A stretch of 64,000 nt of DNA from Lama glama. Its lineage: Eukaryota. Under the pieces are notes generated by a model. That model saw nothing but the letters and a program-made list of their open reading frames with translations. It had not been told where the DNA came from and searched no databases. A program made the translations under genes and the position numbers. Below are positions 51,040 to 63,535 of the stretch, piece by piece (positions within the stretch are counted from its first letter, which is position 1; each line of letters starts with the position of its first letter). The stretch spans positions 90,708,001 through 90,772,000 of the forward strand of contig CM052816.1 of NCBI GenBank assembly GCA_028534125.1, read 5' to 3'.

Positions 51040-51240
51040 ATTGGGCACATGTGCACCAGAAGACTTGTGTGTATGTTCATAAATGCATAAGAGTAAAAAA
51101 TTTGAGCCTCCCAAAAGTCCACTGACAGGAGAATGAGGAGGCAATTGGTGGTACAGTCACACCATGGAATATTATACAGCCATGAAGTGGAGGGACTACA
51201 TCTTTAACAACATGGATGAGCTTGAGTCATACATTTAAAA
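51040..51240 (+). mobile_element. L1ME-like fragment
   Basis: cacatgtgcaccag...ccatggaatattatacagc...acaacatggatga. Confidence 0.65.
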
Positions 51241-51689
51241 GAACACTGTTCTTTTGTGTGCATCAAACACCAAATAAACTTTTTAACATCCCCTACTTGA
51301 TTGCTAGGCTGCTACACTCATCCTCTGTCACCCTGTGCTCTGCCACCAAGCACACCCTCACAACCAGCTCATAGGTTTACTCATCCGGATTTCAGTTCTT
51401 TCTGATTTTGGCCCCAGAGAATATTCATTCCTGCCTTAAGAGGTCAATTACACATGTAAAAGGATGCTGTAATGTTCTGTCTGGCATTTCTAGGTATCTA
51501 ACCCTGAGAGGATTTTCTAATTAGCTACCCCTCTAAACAGCTTATCAAAAATTCCTGGGCCTAACACCTTAATCAATAAATCAGAATTTCTGAATCACTG
51601 CCCAAAGCAGCATCTCCAGATTTTTAAAGCTCTGTAGGTGATCATCAAGCAAAAAAAAAAAAAAAAAAGCCAGCACTATGTGGAAGATC

Positions 51690-51885
51690 AAGGATCAGAC
51701 ACACCAGGTTCAAATCGTTTGTGATCTTGGCTTTTACTCACCTCTGTCTCAGCTTTCTCACTTGGGAAATGGAGAGGCTAGGAGTACCCATTTTGGGGGG
51801 CTTCTGTAAACACTAAATGAAGCTGTGTTTGTAGACTTATTCCCATAGTGCCCGGAGCACAATGTGTGCTTAGTAAGCATTAACT
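51690..51885 (+). mobile_element. MIR SINE
   Basis: caggttcaaatc...cctctgtctcagctttctcac...catagtgcccgg. Confidence 0.65.
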
Positions 51886-52277
51886 TTGTAAATTAAAATG
51901 GAAATCACCTTTTCACTCAAAGTTCTGGTTCTCTGATTGATGGTGGATCCGACTACAAGAGGCGACAGAGGCTGAAAAGGGGATGGAGTAGTCACCCCTG
52001 AACGGCCGGGCCCACAGCTCTGCCAGTTCTGGGAGCTGGAGACAAGGAAGGAGTACCTGCAGACTCCGAGATGAGGCCTCATCACAGAAGCCGGGACAGC
52101 AACATTCAAGCTGCACGAAGAAATCCTCCAACAAGTTTGCTTTCAATCCCAGTGGGAGTCCCATCCAGACAAGCATGAAGTGAGTCTTGATCCTAAAATA
52201 AACAGTATTTCCCATTATTACAGAGGAGATGAGCTGAGTCATACATTCGTGACTTGACGCTCTGTGCTCTAAATCCA

Positions 52278-52365
52278 GCGCTGTGCTGGTGAGCCAGCTC
52301 TCACAAAATGTCAAGTCCTCACTCACAGCGTTTGCCAATTTCCTCGGTGTAAATTCTCCCACTGC
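52278..52365. mobile_element. MER63-like hAT-Blackjack fragment
   Basis: gtgctgg...tttgccaatttcctcggtgtaaattctcccac. Confidence 0.55.
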
Positions 52366-52954
52366 ACGGCAGATCCCCGAGCACGGCGTCCGGAGCACTG
52401 CCCTGGGGAGAGACAGGCTCGCCTGGTCATGCTCTCCAGCACACCGACTGGGAAGGGACTTCGGCCTTCCAGCGACAGTGCCCCCAAGCCAGGTGCAGGG
52501 ACAGACACCCTGTCACATTTAGGTGATGATCCTGTCCCTGGAGAAGGAACCTTTCTGTACTGAACTCAGCTCATCTTTGTCCTGAGTCTGCCATGTCTGG
52601 AATGTCTTCTCCTAGCCTGACGGGGACCCTCACTGCCCACAAGGCAAGTGTTATAAAGAGCCCACACGTTAGCCTGTCTGCAGACTGCTTGCTGGTACTC
52701 TGTCCCCTTCCTCTATTACGGCCCTCCTGTCTTTGTGGGAAAGAGAACATTTTTATGGTGCTATTGGGAAAAACGGTTGACAAGGCTATCAAATGAAAGG
52801 CTTGTTGTGATGTGGGGTTTCAATTGTGGGAATTATCCCGAAACGTGAACTGCATAAAAGGAAAATGTCACAGGGCTTTCTAGCAAGTTTTACATAGAAT
52901 AAACACTCGGAATGACACAGACTGAAAATGTTGAAATTATGACAACATCAGTAT

Positions 52955-53110
52955 GCCTGCATCAGTATCCCCTGTAGGGCAATTAAAGTGCAGGTTTCTG
53001 GGCCCTGCTTCCTGAGTGTCTGACTCCATGGACCTGAGAGCCCAGAATGTGCATTTTTGACAAGTTCCCAGGTAATGCTGATCGTGCCGGTCTGGGGACC
53101 ACACTCAGAC
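52955..53110. mobile_element. MER5A-like MITE
   Basis: gcccagaatgtgcatttttgacaagttcccaggtaatgctgat...ggggaccacact. Confidence 0.8.
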
Positions 53111-53821
53111 ATGCATCCCTCTGAGAACTGAGATTTCTCCTGAACTCGTCATCAGTGGCCAGTATTTTAAAATGAGTCACCCACCCTCCATCATAATGGA
53201 ACACAAGTTCCCTATGACACAATAAAAATTTTCAAATCTAAGCTTGGGTTGAAATGAGACTTCTGCAAGACTGATAACATTAAGTTTTCAATGAAATTTC
53301 TCTTAGGGGCTTCAGGGTGATGTTTGGTGCTTTTGCTCCCCGTGAATGGTGATCATTTTGTTTTCAGCCTCAGAAAACAGAATAGAGGTTGCACAGCGCA
53401 TCGTGGAGGAACGTTGTGTCCACAAAGCTTTCTCCTTTCTGCCTCTCCCCAGAACACCATCAATGTACACAAACGCACGTGGACCTGTGACATTGTGGAA
53501 GGGAGGGAGGGACACACAGCCCCAGGAGATGCACCTTCAAGGTTGTCCGGGGGAGTCAGAGCCGGGCCCTCACATTCCTGTATTTTTTAGCCACGCTTGG
53601 AAATTCCCAACTTCCCTTTTCTTAGAATGAAGTTGTTCTATGTACAAAGGTGGTTGGTTTCATAGCCTATGCCCAGGAGAGACTAAAACAAAAACCCCAA
53701 ATGCTAATTTTAACAACTGGTGTAAGCAGGATGTGAAGGTCATTGTTTAAAAATCACATCTCCCAAAAGAGGAAAATAATCTCCATCGAAGCATTTTGTT
53801 TTGGTTTGGAAACTGTTATTA

Positions 53822-54143
53822 CATTCTTAGTATTTTTTTTTAATTGAAGTATATATAGTTGATTTACAATGTTGTATTAGTTTCTGGTGTACAGCACAGT
53901 GATTCAGTTATATACATATACATTTTTTCATTATAGGTTATTACAAGATATTGAATATAGTTCCTTGTGCTGTATAGTAGAAACTTGTTGTTTATTTTAT
54001 ATATAGTACTTTGTATCTGCTAATCCCAAACTCCTAATTTATCCCCCACCCTTTCTCTTTGGAAACTGTAAGTTTGTTTTCTATGTTTGTGAGTCTGTTT
54101 CTGTTTTGTAAATAAGTTCTTTGTGTCATTCCTGGTATTTTTT
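53822..54143 (-). mobile_element. L1 3' end with degenerate TSD
   Basis: ttaattgaagtat...tttctggtgtacagcacagtgattcagtta...tgagtctgtttctgttttgtaaataag; TSD cattcttagtatttttt / cattcctggtatttttt. Confidence 0.9.
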
Positions 54144-54955
54144 AAATTATTATTTTTTGTAAATAGCCTTGGACTGAATCAAAATCCACTACTTGCTTTT
54201 TCATTTTACACATGAGTATGATTGTCAAGTGGGGTTTCCCCATCAAATTTCAAGATCATTTTGCAAACGCCACCCAGCTGTCCCCTCTCTCCAATATCCT
54301 TGTCCGACCACAACGGGGACCCTTCAGTTGGAGCAGGTCCGTGGATGCAGCCCGCAATGCTGTCTGTCAGTGTTACAGACACCGTTCATTCTCGCCTTTG
54401 TCCTGCAAGCTAGCCGACGTCAGAGGTTTGGTTTTCGGTTTGGTTATATTGTTTTTGTTATTCTCCTGCTGCTCGTCTCACAGCCTTTAGAGTTAGTGGT
54501 CAGCAGGTATTTTAGGAGTGAGATGGGTTCAGTGGCCTTCAGAGCGAGTCATCCACGTGAGGGCACTGCGCCCAGCAGCCCAGGTCCTGGCGCATCACCG
54601 GCTATGGGCCTCAGGGTGGGTGGTCCTGGTTGGAGAAGGGGGTGGCACAGAGCAGAATGGGACTTCAGGTCCTGGTTTTTTCCTCTATTTAATGAGAGGC
54701 AGGTCCTTTCTGTAAAAAACTGGTGATTTCCAGAACTTGGGATTTTACATACTAGCTAACATTGCCGCAGACTGCCATTTACTCAGCTCCCTGACCTGCC
54801 CGCCAGTGTGCGGGCCTCTGGCAGCAGCCCTGGGAGGTGGGCGTGACCGCTGTGTCCCTTCACACAGAGGAAGCCACAGCCAAGAGAAGCTGAGTAACCT
54901 GCAACAGGAGACGAAGCGGCCGGTTCTATTTGTCTCCAAGTAATAAAATGCTGAT

Positions 54956-55342
54956 TGTCTCAGTCATCTCGGGCTGCTGGAACCAAACACCGCAGACCAG
55001 CAGCTGAAACAGCAGGTATGATTTCTCACTTCAGGAGGCCTGGGGAGTCCAAGATCAAGGTGTGGCTGTTTCGGGGTCTGATGAGTCCTCTCTTCCTGGT
55101 TTGCAGACGGCCACCTTCTCACCGTGTCCTTACATGGTGGAGAGGGAAAAAAATAACAACCCAGATCTCTCATCTCTCTTCCTCTCCTTATAAGGACCCT
55201 AAGCCCATCAGGGGTACCCACTCTCATGAGCTCATCTTAAACTGATGACCTCCCAAAGGCTCTACCTCCTAATACCACCACACTGGGGGGTTAGGGCTTC
55301 AACATATGAATATGGGGGGGACACAGACATTTAGGCTATTAC
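54956..55342 (-). mobile_element. MLT1A-like solo LTR
   Basis: gagtccaagatcaaggtg, cctcccaaaggc, ggggttagggcttcaacatatgaat. Confidence 0.85.
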
Positions 55343-55384
55343 ATGTACTGAATTCTCTGTTCATCTCTTTGGGTACAGTACTTC

Positions 55385-55555
55385 TTATGATCCTCACAGC
55401 AGTCCTAAGAGGAGAATACTACTGTCATCTCCATAGTACAGATGAGAGGGAAGCACAGAGAGGTTAAGCAAGCTGTCCCAGGTCACACAGCGAAGCGAGT
55501 GCAGAGCTGGGACACAAGCCCAGGCAGCCAGTTCCAGAGCCCCCACCTAACCACC
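55385..55555 (-). mobile_element. MIR SINE
   Basis: gcacagagaggttaagcaagctgtcccaggtcacacagc...ccaggcag. Confidence 0.85.
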
Positions 55556-56024
55556 GGGGCCACAGTGCCCTCATTATATGTGTATATTTAGAACTGCTTC
55601 TCTCCTGATACCATCACGACTCCTCCCCAGAACTCCAGGGCTGGGGGAAAATTTGTGTCACAGACAAGAAGACACAGTGACTGGGAGGTAGAGACTTGGG
55701 TTCTAATTCTGGAACTTTCTCTATCTCCCTACATGACTTGGGTCCTACATTCTTTATAGAATGAGGGAGTTATGACTATCTCTAAGCTGGCTCTCAGTTT
55801 TAATGTGGGTTTCTCTGCTAATGTCCCTCCAGCCAGCACCCCACTCTCAGGCACTGAGAGCATCACTCACCAGTGCTTACAGCACGATAAGGATCCGGCT
55901 GAAATCTCGGGACTTGCCAAGTGCTGAGTTGTCTCCTGATAAGAACTCTCTCAAGAGCCTCCCCCAGTGTCAGCTTCTGGATCCAGATCCCCCAACGGAA
56001 ACGCGCTGCTGTGGTTCCTTCTGC

Positions 56025-56170
56025 AGATAAGGGGGCACAAGCTCAGAAGGGCCTTGCATCTGGTTGATGCTCTGCTGTCCCTGTCTTAAACTTTTAGCAC
56101 CTTTAGAAGAAGGGCCCCCTCTGAATTTTTATCTTGCCCTGGGCCCTCCAGTCTTTGGAGCTGGCCCTGC
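56025..56170. mobile_element. MER91A-like hAT-Tip100 element
   Basis: gctcagaagggcc...tgctctgctgtcc...ttgccctgggccc...gctggccctg. Confidence 0.6.
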
Positions 56171-56459
56171 CCCAACTCATCTACGGCACGTGTCCTCTGA
56201 GCCCACAGATTCAGTTCTCAATGGTGATCACTCGTAACACTCTCGTTTTATAACGAAGTAGGACCCCAAAGAGCTATGGGGTGTGTCCAAGTCACATGGG
56301 AAGACAGAGAAAGTACTAGAACAAAAACCCAGTCCTCCAGCTTTTGGTCCACTTGTATCTTTCTTGTTGGTGACACAAATTTCCTCCCTGACCCTGAAGT
56401 TCTGGAGAGGACTCGTGATGGTATCAGTAAGAGAAGTGGTCCTTAAATATGAGACTCTG

Positions 56460-56630
56460 TGGCCCAGTGGTCAGGGGTGGGCTCTGAAGCTGGCTGCCTG
56501 GGCTTGTGTCCCAGCTCTGCACTCACCCAGCTGTGTGACCTGAAACAGATGGCTTAACTTCTCTGTGCTTTCATCTCATCAACAGTAAAACAGAGATGAC
56601 AATAGTATTCTCCTAGGGCTCTTGTGAGGA
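56460..56630 (+). mobile_element. MIR SINE
   Basis: cccagctctgcactcacccagctgtgtgacc...cttaacttctctgtgc...cttgtgagga. Confidence 0.8.
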
Positions 56631-56699
56631 TCATTCTGGTAAAATGGGACCTTTTGATCAACAATTACTTCTCGTGTATATAGGAAAAGTGTAGTTGAC

Positions 56700-57040
56700 T
56701 CTCCATTTTTTTCTGTTCTAACAAAAAGGGGGAAAAAAGGAGATGTCATAGGAGTGAATGTTCTGGTTTTCTTCAGAAAGAAGTTGATGAGATTTTAGGT
56801 CATTAGGATTAGCTCAGGGAACAGGTAAGATGCTAACTAAAGAAATTAGGGTAGGTCGCTAATTTAAGTCTTGAAGACACTAGCTAGGGATCTGGTCACA
56901 TGGAATGTTCCAATTCTCAGCATCCTCAAGGGTCCTGAATCTTCTGGAAATACTACCAGGAAAGGACAGTCCAGAAGAATCCTAACCTTAAGGAAGGGGG
57001 TGTGGGGAAAGCAACCTTAAATTAAAGAGGTTAATCAAAG
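56700..57040 (+). mobile_element. Possible ERV fragment (polypurine tract plus start of an LTR)
   Basis: aaaaagggggaaaaaaggaga directly followed by TGT; no LTR 3' end found. Confidence 0.4.
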
Positions 57041-57653
57041 CTAGGGTCGATGTGAGCTAAGGTATTAGTACTTAGGCAATTGTATGAGCAGTGACTTTAA
57101 CACGCTTGATGTATACATGTGCCCCTTTCAAAATGGCAAGACATAGACTCTTGGAAATAACTTGTAAAAACAAAGTAGGGGATAGCGGTGATGGTTGCAC
57201 AACACTGTGAATATTCCCAATGCCATTAAATTGTATGCATCTAAAATGGCTAAAATCAATTAAAAGTTCGAGCCTACGCTGGTCCGTTCATGTAGAGTTG
57301 CTCAAGGGAGTTACGCCTACAACACATTGTCCCCCCTTCAAAACTCTGCCAGCCCCAGACATGTTGTTCACACATATTCCAGTCATGGTCTAATGGTCAG
57401 TTATGCAATCGTGAGTGAATGAAAAACAAATCAAGAAGATATTCTTAGTGATCCAACTTTGCAACAAACATTTCCTGCTACCCCCCTCCCAAATCTCTGA
57501 ATCAAATTTGAATGGAGAGGATCCTGAGACTGCAAGATGAGGTGTTTCTAAAATGTTTATAACTTGCTATTATTTGGCTGCATCAGACGGGATTTTTCTC
57601 AATATTGTGCACGCAAAATAAGACAAAGAAATAAGTTGACTGCTGAGCTGATC

Positions 57654-57745
57654 AAAACTGCAAATGTCTGTGCTGTACACTAGAAACTGACACAACATTG
57701 TAAACTGCCTCTAAGTCCATTAAAAAAAAAAAAACGGCAAAAGTC
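57654..57745 (+). mobile_element. Very short L1 3' end
   Basis: tgtgctgtacactagaaactgacacaacattgtaaactg plus A-tail; TSD-like aaaactgcaaatgtc / aaaacggcaaaagtc. Confidence 0.8.
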
Positions 57746-59169
57746 ACCCGTGAGTCCCAAGTTCACACTTGTTTGCAAATCAAAAGTGCCTCATTTTATT
57801 ATTTGCTGCTTTTATAATAGTTGTTATAAGTCTGAAACTTTGACCCACGTTTGTGCTAAAAAATGCCATTTAAATTATTTTTTAGAAGACCAAATTATGA
57901 CCATTAGAGTAGTTAATTGTCTCAATTATTCATTAAATATGATGTGCACAGCTAAAGAGGAACTATATGTACTGGAATTCACCCCTCAGGAGAATTGCAC
58001 ACCCTCAAACTTGAGGCGTGGCTGACCCCCAAAACTGCGGGGAAAGTGACCAGGAGGAAATACGCAGCCTCCCTGGGGTGATTGATGCTCAAAAGAGCAA
58101 GCGTGTGGAGCTGGCGGTCCGGGGCTGCCTCCTGGCCAAACTCCATGTATTAATTCGTAAAATGGGGATGATGGTCTTCAAAATTTAACAACAAATGAGG
58201 AAGGGGGTTTGGAATTTTAATTTCCATATGGAAAAAAAAAACGAAGTTTCTTTTTTTTTTCCCTTTCTCTCTCTTTCTTTCCTTTCTTCCTTCCCTCTCC
58301 AGACTTCAATTTTTTTCAGTGACAACAAGATGAAAATACATTTACTTTGGGTTGTTTGGCTTCTCTGGGAGAATAAGAGATTCATTGGATAATGGGAGAG
58401 AATTCATATGGTTCAGTTTTGTTCATTGCAAGTGTTCTGTCATCTGGAGTTATTCTTATAGCATAAGGCTTGTTTGTCATTTAGTTTTGCCTAGTGGTTT
58501 GATTGGCCAGAGTAAATAAAAGTAATTTAATGTGGGAATTGGTGTAGAGGGCTGATTTTTAATCTAGAATCAGGGATGGCTTTATGAAGAACTCAATGCC
58601 CTGTCTTGCTGTATTTTAGAAGCTTCTGAGAATAGCATCAAAGTGGTATTTTTTGAAGGAACCCCCTAATCTCCTTCCTCTCAGGAGGAAATCCTGCAGT
58701 AGGAAAGAGGGGGTGGGGACCATGTGAACCATGGGACCATACCTACATGATAGAGCACTGATTTGCACCCGACCCCTCAACCTGATGGTATCACAATACT
58801 GTCAAGCCTATGGTGGTCTCAGGAAAAAGAACAAAAAGCAGGAGGATACTGACCTATAAAGGATGCTGACCTAAGGGGGAGAAATTCAGGGCCCCTGTCT
58901 GCCCCTCCTCCCTTCCTGAATGATCTCCTTGTCCAGGTTGAATCAGGAAAAAGGTAAACCCACTGGACTCCCGAGTAGGACTGCTGATCAGGGTGAGTTG
59001 AATTCTAGGCAATTACATTGGCCCACATCCAAGTCCTGGGAACTTCCAAAGGGACACAGGTGACAGTGCCATGAGTGTGGATTCTTCCTTCCCTGAGGAC
59101 ACCATGGAAGACACCTGTGAGCAAACGCACCCTCCTTCTCCTGGACTAGAGAAAACTCCTGCAGTATTG

Positions 59170-59290
59170 TTGAACACTCACTCTGTCCTAAGCAACCCCA
59201 GGGGGGTAGATACCATTATCATCACCTCTATTTTACAGTTGTGGAAAGTGAGGCACAAAGAGGTTGAGTTGCCCAAGGTCGCAGGTGGGA
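59170..59290 (-). mobile_element. MIR SINE
   Basis: attttacagttgtggaaagtgaggcacaaagaggttgagttgcccaaggtcgcag. Confidence 0.8.
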
Positions 59291-59876
59291 GGCCAACCCA
59301 AGACATCTGCCTCCCACGCTTGGCCCCTTCACCACTATGCTATACAGCAGGGCCACTGCGCTTTACTGGAATCATTTTTAAAGTCTTTCCCCCAGTCAAT
59401 TATAAATTCCAGGGGCCCAAGGCCTTTGTTCATTCCTAAGCCCCCAGAAGCCATTATATTGATGACTCATAACAGGTATTCAATGCATATTTGTGGAATG
59501 AATAGATAAGAAGGCCTAGAACACACCCGGGGCAGGAAGTTCTGTTTCCACTTCAACTGCCCCTTCCTCAGCCCCCTGCGTTCAAGAGTGCTCCTCTTCA
59601 AATCAGCCCCGGAAGATCAAGGACTGGGGTTTAGGCCTAGGAATGTCAGCAGAGTGCACACCGCAGCCAGCCTGTGTCCTAGGGCTTTCGGGCACACACA
59701 GCTTACAGGAGCTTTCCGGTGGGGTCCAGCCAAGCTCCAGACAACCCAGAGCCACACCCCAGGGACCACTGAAGTGATTCTTACTTCTGCTCTTCCACGT
59801 TTATTCTCTGCACACAAATTCTCTTCCAGGATCTCATGGGGAATGAGTGTCTGGATTTAAGTGTTCTTATCTCTGG

Positions 59877-60336
59877 TGTGGACAAAAAAAAATGTTGCTG
59901 GCCATTCCAGTAAACAAAGAATGTTGCCCGCCATTAAGCCATCAGCCACTGCACCAGCCCCAGATGGTGCACCCAGAGGGGATTCAGGCTGGAGGAAATT
60001 AGGATACTGGCCCTAGACAGTTAAGATGTATATCTAAGGAATAATTTCAGTGAGCTCAGACTCTTGCTTCTTCCCATAAACAGAAACCATTACACACTAA
60101 CATCGTTAATTTAAGGTGTCTATTTTTCGTGATTAGCAGTAATTGTTCGATGTTCAACTACATGTTTTGTTTTGTTTCTGCAAAAACTCCTGTATATCCT
60201 GGCTCCTCCCTTACCTGGCAGAAGAGTTTCTCAGCGCTATCTGAGAGGCTATCACCTTACTTAGTCCTCAGTAAGGTTCTAGAATAAAACATAACTCACA
60301 GCTTTTAGACTGGGTTTTTTTTTTTCTCAGTTGACA
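59877..60336 (+). mobile_element. ERV1-type solo LTR
   Basis: TG...CA ends, perfect TSD CTGG (59873-59876, 60337-60340), AATAAA near the 3' end. Confidence 0.9.
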
Positions 60337-60394
60337 CTGGGTCAAAATACCATCTCTTAAAACCCTTTTAATATTGCCCTTTAAGAAAATCCCA

Positions 60395-60690
60395 TTTGGA
60401 GGCAAAATGGGCGAAGGTGGTCAAGAGGTACAAACTTCCAGTTTAAAATAATTCCTGAGGATATAATGGACATCATGGTGACTACGGTTAATAATACTGT
60501 ACCGTATATTTGAAAGTTGCTAAGAGAGTAAATCTTAAAATTTCTCATTACAAGAAGAAAATATGTAACTATGTGTGCTGATGGATATGGTGATCATTTT
60601 TCAATATATACAAATGTTGAACCGTTATGCTATACACCTGAAACTAATATAATGTTATATGTCTCAAAATATTGTATCTCAATAAAGAAA
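60395..60690 (+). mobile_element. L1MA-like 3' end
   Basis: aggtacaaacttccag...tttgaaagttgctaagagagtaaatctt...tacacctgaaactaatata...tctcaataaa; flanks aagaaaatccca-like. Confidence 0.85.
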
Positions 60691-60764
60691 AATCCCAAAT
60701 ATAATTCCTTTCAAATAGTTTTCATACCAGTGTAGCAGTATTCAAACATAACGGTAACACCTCT

Positions 60765-60975
60765 CATTCCTCTTCCTTAAATAATTTTTCCTAGAGCACT
60801 TATCTCCATGTAATATATTATGTATTTTTACATTTATCTTGTTTATTATCTGTCCTCACTACTATGTTCCACACAGGCAGGAATGTGTGTCTGTTTTGTT
60901 CCTGACCATACTGAGCCTCAGAACAATGCCTGGCATATCACAGTCATTCAATTCACGTCTGTTAAATGAATGATC
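60765..60975 (+). mobile_element. L2 3' end
   Basis: gtctgttttgttc...agaacaatgcctggcata...gttaaatgaatga. Confidence 0.8.
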
Positions 60976-61038
60976 GGTGTCAATCACTTAGCACAGCCCT
61001 GTGTTTGTGTGCTGCTGTTTATACTGTTTGTAGCACAC

Positions 61039-61378
61039 TGTTGTGAAAATGTATTAAACAAACCTAACTCAAAATTGGGGAAGCCATGGAAGCAAGCATA
61101 GTCCAGCTCTAGGAAGAGGGAAGATTTCCTCTCTGGCGGCAACAGCAGGTTGTCCTCACAATGAGAAGCCATCACCACTTCAAACTCCTATTTCCCTCCA
61201 GTGAACTTTTACTGAAAACACCACCCTCAATTTCCTCCTTCTCTCTATAAAATAACGCTCTCCTCCTTTGTCCTCTGGATTGGCCTATGGTTTCCCATAG
61301 TTCGTTTGTCCCGAATTGCAATTCCTGAATAAAGTTATTTTTTTCTTAAATAAAATTGCTCTTTGCCATGGTTGATGC
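61039..61378 (+). mobile_element. Possible ERV LTR
   Basis: TG start, ctataaaa, aataaa and an LTR-like layout; boundaries uncertain. Confidence 0.45.
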
Positions 61379-61857
61379 TGTGTATACTGTTTAATACTTT
61401 TAATAAATAAATTCAAGAAACTAAAGTTCAAGGAAAATAGTTACCGTGATGGGATAACCCAAGGTGGATATGGAAGGTCTGTCAATAGGCGCTGGGCTCT
61501 TTTATGGGAAGGATAAAAACATTCTAGAATTGGGTTGTGATGATCTGTTGTACAACCCTATGAATATACTGAAAAACAGTAAATCGTATACTTTAAATAG
61601 GTGAATAATATGGTATGTAAATTATCTTGAATTTTAGCCACAGGAACCATTCAATCCCGCTAACTTAAAAAAAATGCCAACTTTGTCCTTACATTGACCT
61701 TAGTTTGTTAACAATGAATAGCTTTTGGTGAATATATGGTGTTAGATGGTCATTTCTAGTCCACTACTCAGAACATACCACTTCATAAGCTCAGCCTCCA
61801 ACTTCAGCTAAACACGGCCATGTCCCTATTATGGGACAATTGACAAAAACAGGAGCG

Positions 61858-62059
61858 TACGGTCTCCCTCAATATCCATGGGAGATTTGTTCCAGCACCC
61901 ACTCCCAACCTCCCTGTAGGTACCACAAGTCCCTTCATATTGATGGGGGTGGGAGTGGGGTTCATCTGCTGATGGAACGCGGGTGGATGGGATGGATGCA
62001 AGGCTGATGAATCTGCTGATGCAAAATCCAACACATGGGGAAATGGAGGGCCAACTGTA
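61858..62059. mobile_element. MER2-like Tigger MITE, internally deleted
   Basis: ta-cggtctccctcaatatccatgggagatttgttccag...ggagggccaactg-ta. Confidence 0.75.
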
Positions 62060-63379
62060 AGCAGATGAATAAGAATCTGCTGATTGTCAAAAGCAAAAAA
62101 TCTCTAACTATCACTGAGGACATAAATACATATATTTATATATATTTGTGTGTGTATATATATATACACACACGATATTTACACCCTTGGATGTAAGAAA
62201 TGAAAATCTTTCTGAAATCATAACAAACCATGTGACTGATTCAGGGAATCCATTCCTAACTGTTACTCACCTCAGTTCTTCAGGCTCCTGAGTTAAACAA
62301 GTTGGTGGAGAAAGAAACTCTGGAGACCCCCGGGTAGGGACCAGGGCTTTGGCGTCATTGGTAGTCAGGTGTCTACACAGATTTCTCATAAACGCCACAG
62401 TTTAACACCCTCCTTTGCAACTTAATGCCTGCTCAGAGTTGATGAGTTGTCACATATTCACACACATACACACCACCCTTGACATTTGAAAAGCCACTAA
62501 ATGTAATACGCTTTTCACTCAATATTTTTTTCAAAAGAGAAGTCTATGTCCTAAAACAGAGCATTCCTGACAACTTTGGGCAGGGTGTGTTTGGGGTGTG
62601 ATATAATTCTCCTGGAGAGGCAGAGGCAGATCACCGTGGTTTAACTTGAGTTTTATGACTGTTCTGAACAGTGCTGTCCTCTACTCCCTGCTTCTAATCA
62701 CAGATACTGGGTGCTGCCCCAGAGAGGCACGTACTGAGCACCCCATGCTGGCTTAAGGCCTCAGGTGGTAGAGAATTAAGAATTTTGATAAAAATACACA
62801 GGGCACTGTCGACAGCTCCAGCGCTGGCCCTTTTCAGGCTACTGATGTTCACTGTTATGAAGGGCACTGCCGTCTTAGGGCGGTGGGAAAAGCCAGTGGT
62901 AACGTTGTGGTCTTTTTCTTTCCCTTTAGTGTCAAGATTGAACAATTACAGGAGTTGGGACGAGGCTTCTAGACTTCCTCTTTCAGTTCTAGTTTTTAAA
63001 TTCATACAGGTTGAGCAATGGTAAAGATTTTTTCAAGTGTCTCACTGTTGTTCTCGTAAGAAGGGAGGTAACTGAAGCACACCACTGAAGGCCTCTCTCT
63101 CCGCTGTTCTCCGGAGGTATTCCACTACCTTGGTTAACAAGTGAGCATTGTGTTAAAGGATATCGTTTAAATCAAATCGCCCTTCCCCACAGACCATAAC
63201 TACAGTCTCCAAATTAAGCATAACAGGAAGATCAATTCAGTCTGCCTGATCCCTAGGGATGGATTGATCAATTATTTTCACCGTGACTTGTTCCAAATTG
63301 GATCTTCCAGTGTCAAAGAAGAATCTTCTGAGACAGTCATCAATCTATCCTGGTATCTTTACTCACTGCCATGTATAAA

Positions 63380-63535
63380 CCAAATGTGCTCAACCTCTGG
63401 GCCATGGATGGGACTGTATGTCCCAAAATTATACATAAAATTTTGTGTGCGGAATCTTTTTCTAGGAAAAAGGGCCCGTAGCTTCATCAGATTCTAAAAA
63501 GCACTGGTAAACCAAAACAAGTTGGGAATTAGTTT
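63380..63535. mobile_element. hAT-Charlie-type MITE fragment
   Basis: ccatggatggg...cccgtagcttcatcagattctaaaaag. Confidence 0.5.

Noticed and set aside
54193..54726. Longest ORF (177 aa)
   Set aside because: TTG start, no recognisable homology, and overlapping ORFs in other frames suggest GC-driven stop scarcity
15793..60336. Two same-family LTRs as the ends of one large provirus
   Set aside because: Each has its own different TSD, and no gag/pol/env sequence is recognisable between them
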